Under the pieces are notes generated by a model. It had not been told where the DNA came from and did no database searches. It saw only the letters and a list, made by a program, of their open reading frames with translations. Positions 1-9,833 of a stretch of 64,000 nucleotides of DNA are shown piece after piece. This stretch comes from Paraphysomonas bandaiensis (taxonomy: Eukaryota; Protista; Chrysophyceae). Location: contig CBFFRP010000323.1 of NCBI GenBank assembly GCA_965644295.1, positions 1-64,000 of the forward strand. The letters are read 5' to 3'. A program made the position numbers and the translations under genes. The stretch's first letter is position 1; each line of letters starts with the position of its first letter.

Positions 1-211
1 TGGTGTTATAGTATGCAGTGTTTTGTGTACGGCTGTAGACTAGAAGCATAATTTCCTCTTACTAAAAGGAGTTCTGTAGCAACTACAAAGAGAACCTTGC
101 TTTCGACTACCTGTAGCGTAGACTGTGTAAAAGGCAACTGGGGTATTCCGTCCGTATACGATTAGCAACGTCCGTTAACAACCAGACCGAGTACCGCATA
201 CTTTCTCTACG
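1..211 (+). repeat. 5' LTR (partial)
   Basis: Aligns to 4765-4973; identity ends after ...CTTTCTCTACG. Confidence 0.93.
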
Positions 212-224
212 TAAGAGGAAATTA
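211..224 (+). promoter_or_regulatory. Putative self-priming primer-binding site, complementary to LTR nt 49-62
   Basis: GTAAGAGGAAATTA (211-224) is the exact reverse complement of TAATTTCCTCTTAC (49-62, also 4813-4826). No TGG-type or GGTTATGGGCCC-type PBS is present. Confidence 0.75.
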
Positions 225-231
225 GGAAAAT

Positions 232-3200
232 ATGAAGAAAAATGGGATCGAAAAACCCAAGAGGTTTGCAAGATATCCATCGCAATCAGCCAGAGATACA
301 TCGGACACAGTGCCGAAGTTGCGATATGGCGCAAACAGCAACCTGGCGACTTTCAAGCAGAAGATGGTAGTGGCAGCTATGGAGAAGTACGGAAACCTTG
401 CAAGACTGTTGGAACTCGACGAGTATTATGAGCCTGATCCAATCGAATTGAGTGATTACGATAAAAGAACAGATCCACTAGGCATACAGCTCGATCGAAT
501 GAAGAATAAGATCAAGACCAGGGATAGGCTGATATCTGAGATGGAAAACAACAGAACGCCATTCTACGGATATATGCTCAGACATTTAAGCAACGAGTCT
601 TTGGATGCAATCAAACTGTTAGACGAATACGAGCAAATAAACAGGGAAAAGGACCCTTTGTTGCTATGGCGGGCTATCAAAAAGACGCATAAGGTTGCGA
701 CTAACTCTAATGTCGAGAGAGTAAGGAAAGCAGAGACAAGGCGAAAGTATCAAGAGGCCAAACAAGGGCCATACGAGAGCATTGTTAGTTATAAAGAACG
801 ATTTGACTACCTACTCGAAGCATATAAAGATGTAGGGAATGCAGAGATGGAAGAGTCAGATATAGCAATGGACTTCTTCGAGGGTCTTGATGACACGAGG
901 TACGGCGAATTCAAGACGAATTATCTCAACGATCTCATGATGGGGACTCAATCTGCCCCAGATCATGTAAACGACGTATACGTAAAAGCATCTAAATTCA
1001 TGAGCCACAACAGAACACAGAAGTCGGGAGGCGGATCATCGTTCATGAGTAGGTCTAAAAACAACAAGGGTAAGAAATCGGGGGACCGGGATGACACAGC
1101 TGAGCAGCGCAGGAAGAATGACACGGAATCGAAAGGCAGCAACCGAGCCCAGAAAAAGAAGCCACTAATATGTTGGAGCTGCGGAGAACCAGGACACCGA
1201 ATGAATGAATGTCCCGACAGCAGCGATCAGGAACCGGAGAATAGAAAGTGCAAAACCACAATGCTGAATGCATTCACATCGGGGAGCGAGCCATTCCAAT
1301 GGTATGAAGTGTTGTTGGACAACCAGGCGGATGTCTCCGTGGTGCACCCGAGATTGCTGACAAACGTGAGACCGGCAACCAGAGGATGCTCCGTAGCAGG
1401 ACTATCAGGTCACGAGCTGGAATTGCCCAATGTAGGCGAGCTGGATCAATTCTTCACCTGTAAAACAGCTGATGAGCTAAGGGCGAGCGTGCTATGTCAG
1501 GCAGACGTGGAGGACATCTATGATGTGACCTACAAACAAGGAGAATCGTTCACTGTACACTTACCCAACAGCGACCTGACATTCTATCGAAGAAACAAAA
1601 TGTATGTGGCCGACATGCGTGACTGGGCGACAGCTCACGCCAATGTCACAACTGTAGCAGAGCGCGAAGCTCAGTACTCGAAGGTGGAAGTAGCGAGAGC
1701 GCGAGAGGCACGAGATCTGGTCCGAAACTCAGGTTTCGACTCCGAGCGAGATGCTGTAAGTTTAGTCAGTGATGGTAACATTACAGGGGTGCGACTCACC
1801 CCGAGAGACATAAGGAGAGCGTTCGATATCTACGGAAACCCATTCGAAGCCGTTAGGGGCAAGACGACTAGCAAAAAAGTCAGCCGACAATACGTGGATA
1901 CGGCACTCAAAGCGGAACAGCAGAAGGAGCAAAGGCTGTACACCGACATCTTTAATGTGAGACAGCAACCGTTCATGCTCACACTCGCGGAGCCGATGGG
2001 ACTGACTATTGTAGCAGCACTTGAAAACGAAACCACAGACCAGTTGGGATTGGCCCTACAAGAGCACGTAAATCTGTTACGAAGCTATGGATATATTCCA
2101 ACAATCGCTTACCTGGATCCACAACCGGGATTCAAAGCTTTGAGAGGCAAGATCACAGGGGTGGAGATCGACATCGCAGGAGCCGGAGACCACCTAGATA
2201 AGATAGACGGAAAAATCAGGCGTATTAAGGAAACAATACGTAGCGTGAATGCAGGTTTACCGTGGAATTTGCCTGACGCAAATGTCAAGGACCTCGTGAG
2301 ATACTCGAACAGTCGAATGAACTTGAGGAGGCCTTCCACCAATGGTTCTGCAGTAGCACCGCGAGTGGCACTGACTGGACGAAAGCCCGATTACAAAAAG
2401 GAATTATCTTTGGCTTTTGGGGACTACGTGGAGTGCTACGACCCCAAGATTAAAAGCAACAATGCTGAACAGTCCCGAACAGAGCCATGCATCGCATTAT
2501 ATCCCACAGGAAACGCGAACGGGAGTTGGATTTTCCTGAATATGAAAACGAACAAATACATCAGCAGAACGAATTGGCGAAAGATGATCACAACGCAGAT
2601 AGTCATCGATGCAGTGAACAGGATCACATCACTGCAAAACAATGGAAAGAAGTCGAACTCACCGGCCGGAAACAATGACGACGAAGGCCGCGTGACCAAA
2701 TATAGCGAAAGCGCACTGCAAGCCGAGACTGGCGAGAACGACATGACCGAAGCACCAAGAGAGCCCGATAAAAATGAGCAGGACGACACAACAGAAATTC
2801 CAGAACTGGTTGACGATCACGATGATGATGACGATGATGGAGGGAGTGACAAAGGGGTGCACGGGCAGGAGTCGAGTGTTGGAGCATCACTACAGCAGGG
2901 CAAAGAAGAGAGCCCCGCAACATTCAGTAGTCACGCACCTGACGACACAGGCGAATCGGAAATTACAGGGGTGGTAAACAATACATACAAAGTACCTCCA
3001 TCGGTCAAAGGACAGTCGGGACGGAGAGCTGCCGGCGCGTTGAGGAAGCCAGTGATGTACAGAGCCTATCACACCAGTGTAACACAGGGTTTAAGAGAAC
3101 ACGGTAACGAAGCGTACCTGGCGATAGTGCAAGAACTGAAGCAGCTGTTACATCACAAGAAAGCGATTGTCCCGGTACACAAGAGCGAGCTATCGAGGAC

Positions 3201-4692
3201 ACAGCTGAAGAGGACCATCAGATCTCTTATGTTCTTGAAGACCAAGTACGACGGACTGGGAAGATTCGAAAAGATCAAGGCGAGGCTGGTGGCAAACGGA
3301 GCCCAGCAAGATCGAAAACTTTACACCGACACGTCATCACCTACGGTAGCATTGCAATCAGTATTCACTTGTTTAGCTATAGCGGCGAAAGAAGGGAGAC
3401 ACATATCGACTGTTGACATTGGCGGCGCGTACCTGAATGCGGAGATGACCGGCGAGGAAGTGATCATGGAGCTGGAGCCCATGCTGGCGACGATTATGAA
3501 GAAGCTTGACCCCTCAATCCAACCTTTCATTGATGAGCGGGGGAGACTCCTAGTACGCCTGGATAAGGCATTATATGGATGTGTTCAAAGCGCGAGGCTT
3601 TGGTACAACACCATAAGAGCTTACCTGGAGTCAATCGGATTTGTGGCTAACACAGTGGACCAATGCGTTTTCAACAGGACGGCCAATGGCAGCCAGTGCA
3701 CGGTAACCCTACATGTGGACGACTTGTTAGTAATGTCGCAGGACAAGAGTGACACAGTGTGGCTGGTGGAACAGTTAAAAAAGCAGTATGGTGAGGTAAA
3801 GTACTGTGATGATAGCGACATGTCGTACATAGGTATGCATGTGAGTGTAGCCGACGGAAAGGCAGTGATATCGATGAAGGCCTACCTAGACGGGGTACTG
3901 GAAGAGGCAGCGGTCGCAGGTAGAGCAGCGTCTCCGGCGACATCCTCATTGTTTTCCCAGAGCGAAACTCAGAAATTGAGCAGAAAGGAGACCGCTAGTT
4001 TTCATTCCGTGGTGGCCAAGCTACTATACCTGGCGACAAGAGTGAGACCGGATATTCTGTTGAGCGTGGCTTACCTCGCCACCAAAGTGAAGAGCCCGAC
4101 GCACGAGGATCAACAGAAGGTGGAGCGCGTGTTGAAGTACCTCGCACAGACCAGTGACAAAGTCCTGCACCTGAGAATAGGGGAAGAAATGAGCGTAAGA
4201 TGTTTCATTGATGCGTCATTTGCTTTGCACACAGACGGAAAAGGTCATACCGGTGTGGTGGTTCAGGTCGGGGGAGCAACTGTGTTATGTAGGTCCACGA
4301 AGCAGCGTATCGTGACTAAGGACTCCACCGAATCAGAGTTGGTTGGCCTATCGGATATGTTTTCCTGTGCGATGAAGATACATGAGTTTATATGTGCGCA
4401 GGGTTACAAACTGGACCCACCTGTGGTGTACCAGGACAATATTTCGAACATCAGCCTCGTGACGAAGGGAGGAGGCAAATACAGGTCTAAATACCTACGC
4501 GTGAGACAAGCTTTGGTCAAAGAACAGCACGACAATGGTTGCATCAAGCTGGAGTACTTACCAACTGGGAAGATGTTGGCCGATGTGTTAACGAAGCCCC
4601 TTCAGGGCGAATTGTTTCGCTATCTGACATGTTGTATCGCAGGAAGCGGATACACATGCCACAGGGGTGCGAAGGAGAATACAGCGCAGTAG
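232..4692 (+). CDS. Gag-Pol polyprotein (Copia)
   Basis: Zinc knuckle CWSCGEPGHRMNEC; protease LLDNQADVS; integrase LYTD...YLD...IDGKIRRIKE; RT KARLVANG, KALYG, LHVDDLL; RNase H FIDASFA, TESE, YQDN, ADVLTK. No internal stops. Confidence 0.96.
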   Translation: MKKNGIEKPKRFARYPSQSARDTSDTVPKLRYGANSNLATFKQKMVVAAMEKYGNLARLLELDEYYEPDPIELSDYDKRTDPLGIQLDRMKNKIKTRDRLISEMENNRTPFYGYMLRHLSNESLDAIKLLDEYEQINREKDPLLLWRAIKKTHKVATNSNVERVRKAETRRKYQEAKQGPYESIVSYKERFDYLLEAYKDVGNAEMEESDIAMDFFEGLDDTRYGEFKTNYLNDLMMGTQSAPDHVNDVYVKASKFMSHNRTQKSGGGSSFMSRSKNNKGKKSGDRDDTAEQRRKNDTESKGSNRAQKKKPLICWSCGEPGHRMNECPDSSDQEPENRKCKTTMLNAFTSGSEPFQWYEVLLDNQADVSVVHPRLLTNVRPATRGCSVAGLSGHELELPNVGELDQFFTCKTADELRASVLCQADVEDIYDVTYKQGESFTVHLPNSDLTFYRRNKMYVADMRDWATAHANVTTVAEREAQYSKVEVARAREARDLVRNSGFDSERDAVSLVSDGNITGVRLTPRDIRRAFDIYGNPFEAVRGKTTSKKVSRQYVDTALKAEQQKEQRLYTDIFNVRQQPFMLTLAEPMGLTIVAALENETTDQLGLALQEHVNLLRSYGYIPTIAYLDPQPGFKALRGKITGVEIDIAGAGDHLDKIDGKIRRIKETIRSVNAGLPWNLPDANVKDLVRYSNSRMNLRRPSTNGSAVAPRVALTGRKPDYKKELSLAFGDYVECYDPKIKSNNAEQSRTEPCIALYPTGNANGSWIFLNMKTNKYISRTNWRKMITTQIVIDAVNRITSLQNNGKKSNSPAGNNDDEGRVTKYSESALQAETGENDMTEAPREPDKNEQDDTTEIPELVDDHDDDDDDGGSDKGVHGQESSVGASLQQGKEESPATFSSHAPDDTGESEITGVVNNTYKVPPSVKGQSGRRAAGALRKPVMYRAYHTSVTQGLREHGNEAYLAIVQELKQLLHHKKAIVPVHKSELSRTQLKRTIRSLMFLKTKYDGLGRFEKIKARLVANGAQQDRKLYTDTSSPTVALQSVFTCLAIAAKEGRHISTVDIGGAYLNAEMTGEEVIMELEPMLATIMKKLDPSIQPFIDERGRLLVRLDKALYGCVQSARLWYNTIRAYLESIGFVANTVDQCVFNRTANGSQCTVTLHVDDLLVMSQDKSDTVWLVEQLKKQYGEVKYCDDSDMSYIGMHVSVADGKAVISMKAYLDGVLEEAAVAGRAASPATSSLFSQSETQKLSRKETASFHSVVAKLLYLATRVRPDILLSVAYLATKVKSPTHEDQQKVERVLKYLAQTSDKVLHLRIGEEMSVRCFIDASFALHTDGKGHTGVVVQVGGATVLCRSTKQRIVTKDSTESELVGLSDMFSCAMKIHEFICAQGYKLDPPVVYQDNISNISLVTKGGGKYRSKYLRVRQALVKEQHDNGCIKLEYLPTGKMLADVLTKPLQGELFRYLTCCIAGSGYTCHRGAKENTAQ

Positions 4693-4973
4693 ATAGGAAG
4701 TGTTCTTTTCAGTTTAGTACTTGAAGTGACTGTATAAGATACGCATAGGGTACATAGGAGTGTATGGTGTAATATTATGCAGTGTTTTGTGTACGGCTGT
4801 AGACTAGAGGCATAATTTCCTCTTACTGATAAGTTCTGTAGTAACTATAAAGAGATCCTTGCTTTGACTACCTGTAGCGTAGACTGTGTAAAAAGGCAAC
4901 GGGGGTATTCCGTCCGTATACGATTAGCAACGTCCGTTAACAACCAGACCGAGTACCGCATACTTTCTCTACG
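4670..4973 (+). repeat. 3' LTR (start inferred at 4670 after CACAGGGGTG; alternative start 4701)
   Basis: 4765-4973 matches 1-211 directly. The start is inferred from the short purine-rich tract and the imperfect terminal inverted repeat CGAAGGAGAA...TTCTCTACG. Confidence 0.75.
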
Positions 4974-5055
4974 GAGACATAGACGGTATACAGGCCTGTA
5001 TTTATAATGTAACTCCTGGCTGCAGCAGAAGCCTGCAACAAGCTTCCAGTTCAGC

Positions 5056-5786
5056 ATGGCTCCACTCGTAGTTTAGTTCAGAACACATCACCGCACCTTG
5101 TATCATCTGAGAGTATGTGCGAGCAGAGCTTCATATGTGTGGCTATCGGCAGTCTCGGTGTTGAGTTCTTTGAAACGCATCGCTTCTTCTTCATGCTGTC
5201 GTGCTCAGTGTCTAGTTTCATATCCGCCATACTGCTATCAGTCGCCATATCTGGTGCATCTAATGACGACTCCGCTGTTATCGCATGCTCATGGGCATAC
5301 GGTAGTAGTGATGATGTGGACTCTTATGTCGGATTGAAGCGCTTTGTTACTATCACTAATAACGATGATGTAACGGGCGAATCTTGGGGTGATGTAGACT
5401 GTAACAACGAAAACTATTGCAATCGATGTCAAGACGCCGGGTTGAATAGTTTATATAGTGTTGCAGTTATATTTATCTTGAATGTTGTTTGTGGCGTTCA
5501 ACCATACTTTCGTATTGCCTCAGACAGAGATAGGAATATTCATAAAGTGATGCAGTTACTTTGCACAGGATTTTGCGTTTTTCTTGCTATTGCCTCTATT
5601 GGATCATTTTCAAACGAATGTTTTAACATTCTTCCAGAAGAGTTTGACTACTTGCATGGCCCAGGTTACTCTTGTTTGACAGCCGCTTTGGTTTTTAAAG
5701 CATTTGAGTTTTTATTCCATTTATGGGTTCCAGTGGAGCGAAAATATATGCCTGAGCGGATCTCCTCAGTTTTCGTCGATAAGTAG
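5056..5786 (+). CDS. Amastin/claudin-like four-TM protein
   Basis: Hydrophobic helices, W...YVGLK motif after TM1, Cys-rich loop (CNNENYCNRCQDAG), GPGY before the last helix. A probable intron at 5068-5126 joins MAPL to SFICVAIG in frame. Confidence 0.65.
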
Positions 5787-6409
5787 GACATTGTGGGACT
5801 TCTGGTCGAGAATAGAGAAGTGCTATTTCTGCTCGTTTTAGCGTTTTACACTTGTGTACAGGGACAGTTTAAATCATCTGACCATCTGTATGTAGATCAG
5901 TTTTTAAGTATAAACGATCTTGTCTACTTGACCTCCACTCTCCAGGGTAGCCGATCCTTGACGTAATGGTTGTGCAGTATTTCGATTAGGTTGCAGCGGG
6001 ACCATCGGAGCAGTCCATACCTCAAGTTGATACCCCATCAACGAGGAGTGTATATCTATCCGTATATGGTGGAATTGCAAAGTTTTGTGGTGTTCGAAGT
6101 TTACATTTATTTTTGAACTACACAAACTCGCTCAGCTCAATACTATATATATATTAAATGCTAGAATCAATACAGCAATATTCATCTCATGAGCGACCAA
6201 TAATTCAAACCATACATACTCGCCACTTAAGATGTTCGTATCAATTGAGTCTTATACTGTCAATGTCAGGGGTGCGTAACGACTAATTGATTTTCAATTA
6301 ATTGCAGTTAAATGCCAATTAGTGACATGGCAATAATTGAAATTGGGACAGCAAACAATGATTGCAATTATAGTTGATCAATTAGTTTTCTATTATTTGG
6401 AAAACCTTC

Positions 6410-6660
6410 TATTGAATTACAACCAACTCCTAAGCCTATTATTGCTAGTAGTTATCCTGTAGTCTATGTAGCAATGAAATACAGAATATACAGGACTGCA
6501 CCATAGGAGTAGCTATTAAAAGTATACTGAAAATATAGTATCTTTGTAGAACAGAATGTTGGTGTCGATGATTGACGTGTTTCCTCAGTCACAGTACAAC
6601 ATCATAATTATTTTACTATATCTCTATTATCGTAATTCAGTCAGTACTGTGCTACTACAT
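6410..6660 (+). repeat. Dispersed AT-rich repeat (second copy at about 50535-50815)
   Basis: Shared blocks TACAACCAACTCCTA, GCTAGTAGTTATCCTGTA, AAATACAGAATATACA, ATAGGAGTAGCTATTA, TTTGTAGAACAGAATGTTG. Confidence 0.85.
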
Positions 6661-6987
6661 GTATATTTTATTACCTTCAATACCATCAATTAGAGTGAGT
6701 AAATAGTTACTTCACACAACATAATTATAAGCTGTACGAAATACACGTCGCTAGTTAAGTATTTAATGTCCAAACTTACTATTATAGGTCCACTAACAGG
6801 TGAATTCATGAGAAACGGATAGTACAACTCACTAGCTACTGGAAAGATATTCACTAGCTGCAAATATTAAAATGTAGTCAGAAAGTTAATATATACATGT
6901 TACCAAACGATATATATACTATATGATATATTACGTTCACTTTAGTTGTCATTTTAATAGCTAAAAAAGCTAGATATATTATATTGA

Positions 6988-9655
6988 ATATTGAATGTCT
7001 AATTATCAGCAATAGGCGTTTAAAAGTCAGCACTCAACTAGCATTCAAATTTAACTAATTAGTGTTACATTGAAAATCTGATTATTAAGAAGCGCAAGCT
7101 TGTGCGTTGCCGCGACCAACCTAACAACTCGCGCGACACTATGCATAACATGACTCTCATCTAGTTACTATTGCATGCACCGACAAGTGCTCAACTATAC
7201 AACACGATTTAGTTAGCTACATGGGCATACGACGAGTTGCGTGTTTAAGCCGGATCATACGCTCCTGCCCAATCTACTTGTCCTAACACAAACAACTTGC
7301 GGTCGGTGTCTTCGGCATATGTCTCCTGTATATGCGGCAGATCTTTAGGGCCCTCTTCAAGGTGGTGTTCACAGCAGCAGGTAGTCTGGAAGGGAGAATA
7401 AAGTAGCTATAGCGCCGGGTCCTCCCACGGTCACGAAGCGGTCTCACTGGTGCAATTTTGCACACTGACGCATGAAACAGACATCTACCAAAATCTGTTA
7501 CAAATTCACGCTGACTCCAATGTCTTCCCTCCATTGTGTGCACTCATCCAGCACATGCATCCACCTTGCACTCTTCTCCCGAGTGACTTACACTAGTAGG
7601 AAACCGTGCACCTTCCCCGCTCGGATGAAAACCTACTAAGCAAGAATAACATAAAAGCACCACAAATGTACCTGACACTGCTTGGAGAACAGTGCCAGAG
7701 CCTTGATATAATCTCAATGACCTGGGTCAGGAGAAACCAAGACTAGGCAGTTGACGTGTGAGAAGACATGACAGGTCTAATCACATCATTGCCATTGCCA
7801 TGCATCCATGAGGAAAGTTTGACGCATTACCTCGGTCATTGGCCGGCCACACAGATACCGAATAATGTGAACTCATATACTCAGCATCAATCACTCAAAG
7901 CAAACGCAGGGAGCAAGCAGAATGTTGATATACCTGACATCTGCTGACTTCAGGTGTTTTGAGTTCTTAAGGTGAACATCCCGGATGCTTAACTTCAGCA
8001 GGCAGCCCAATACCCCGGTTACCCTTCTGGTGGGCCCTGTCCCGGATGCCCTTGAGGTGGGCCCATTCCCGGATGCCTGTTTATTCGTCAGGGCCCAAAG
8101 ACGTCTACACAAGTGACACTTATTAGTGTCCCTTGTACCACACAAGCATTTGGCTATGAGTGGGCAGAACAATATATCTGCTGACTATATAATATGCGGC
8201 TCACGTTAGTTTCCCGGAGAAATATCTCCGGTACTTATCCCCCAGAACACCACGAAAAGGTGCGAGTCCGACTTTGTTGAGGGTAACTAATTAGTGCTTA
8301 ACTCTGATATCCTACTATTGAGCGTTGCGAAAGCTGCTTGTGCGTCACCGCAAGCGCCAAGTATGCAACCACTTACACTCTATCTGCAAGCGCCGTGAGC
8401 AAGCAGAAGTTGATGTCCCTGACATCTGCTGACTTCAGGTCCATGCAATAACTGTATAAACAGCAGTCATCATCGTTATTTGTATAAAAACAATTTGACA
8501 TCAAGATTTTGTTTCTCAAAACAATTGATACAAACTATTCAGAAAATAAAATGTAAGAGCTGTACTATAAAAATTTGAAATTTTGAAAAACATTATTAAA
8601 TAGTTATATTTAATCACGGGCAATAAGGAGGCTATATCGTCCCGAGCTCAGAATTTTGAAACGAGAGCTAAAAGCTGGAGTTTTAAAATTTAGACAATGG
8701 ACGATATGCTACTCCTTATCCCTAGGTTAAATTGTAGCTTATATATCCTCATGATGTTGTTGAAAACTTAATATTAGATTGTATAGCTATTTTAGTAGCT
8801 TGCTTGCTGTAATAAGAAATTCGTGATTCCTGTGATTAACATTAAGATAACAAATGAGAATTCATATTGTTTCAAATGAATGGTATATATACTGGCTGTA
8901 TATGCTTTGGGAATAGAATTGCACTATAGATCAACTCAAACAACAAACCCCCTAACTTATATACATAATAGCTACAACAAATGCACTCCTACCACATACA
9001 TATGACTGTCAATATCATAATTAAGATAGAAGTTAGCTTCTGTTGAACCGAATGTTGAAGTTGAATGTCTATATTTGCCCGACGCTGATATGAGTGCTCT
9101 GTTGAGACAAAATCAGGTCAAAAAAGGCTTTTTTTGATACAAATGGGGATAGTATATAATCCCACCGTACACACGAACCCCACCACTCCTACACGCAGGA
9201 ACATATCACCGCCCCGCATGAAACCTTCAGGCCCTCGACCGCGGCGCCGCCTCCGACAACTCTACCTATGCCTGAGGCCCAAACGGTGCACTGAGACAAC
9301 GCCACATTCCACCTCACCACCCACCTCTCAGCACACACATCTAGCACTCGGTACACTCAGGGCCTTAATATAGAACCATGTACCTCAGAGCCTGGCGGAA
9401 TCTCATCCCAAGGGGAGACCCCTGATAACACCCGCCAGTGAGTCCTAGGACACACGATCATTGGCGAAACTCACAATCAACATTAAGAACGGAAGTGGTC
9501 GCACCTTGGTGCTTGCGGCGCTAAATAGTAGGATAATTGAATTTGTACTGATTAGTTATCGGTAGAGGTCTAAATAGTATGTCTAGCATTCAACTAGCCA
9601 CTACATTGGTGCAGGTTTTTAACGCCTATTGCTAAATAATAAGACTTTCAATATA
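6988..9655. mobile_element. Degenerate modular repeat element(s), possibly derived from a tyrosine-recombinase retroelement
   Basis: Modules recur at 33260-34625, 42300-42465, 49015-49470 and 49940-50045. Two modules are internally duplicated, and the outer ends are mutually inverted. Confidence 0.55.
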
Positions 9656-9833
9656 TATAATATATCATAAATCATAACAAAATCTTGCTCAAAAAAGTGT
9701 CACAATGGAAGAATTGTTCATGTCCTTTTTTATTCACATTGCGTTGCATCTGTTACTCAAAGACAAGAAACTTTTACAAAACCTACTAAAAGAGTATATG
9801 AAAGAAAACTTAAATACAATGAAAATGTAGTCG

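Larger units (their letters stand above)
1..4973 (+). mobile_element. Ty1/Copia LTR retrotransposon with intact ORF; 5' LTR truncated by the window edge
   Basis: Direct repeat 1-211 vs 4765-4973 flanks one 1486-aa ORF with Copia domain order Gag-PR-IN-RT-RNaseH. Confidence 0.97.

Noticed and set aside
1055-3949. Antisense and alternative-frame ORFs within the Copia polyprotein
   Set aside because: Short shadow ORFs with no motifs.
7891-8172. 93-aa ORF with a 9-aa repeat in module D
   Set aside because: The frame is not maintained in the other copies; it reflects a 27-bp DNA duplication.
9415-9472. Possible hammerhead ribozyme (GTGAGTCCTAGGAC...CGAAAC)
   Set aside because: The CUGANGA core is absent, GAAA is not adjacent to the stem, and the second copy does not keep the pairing.
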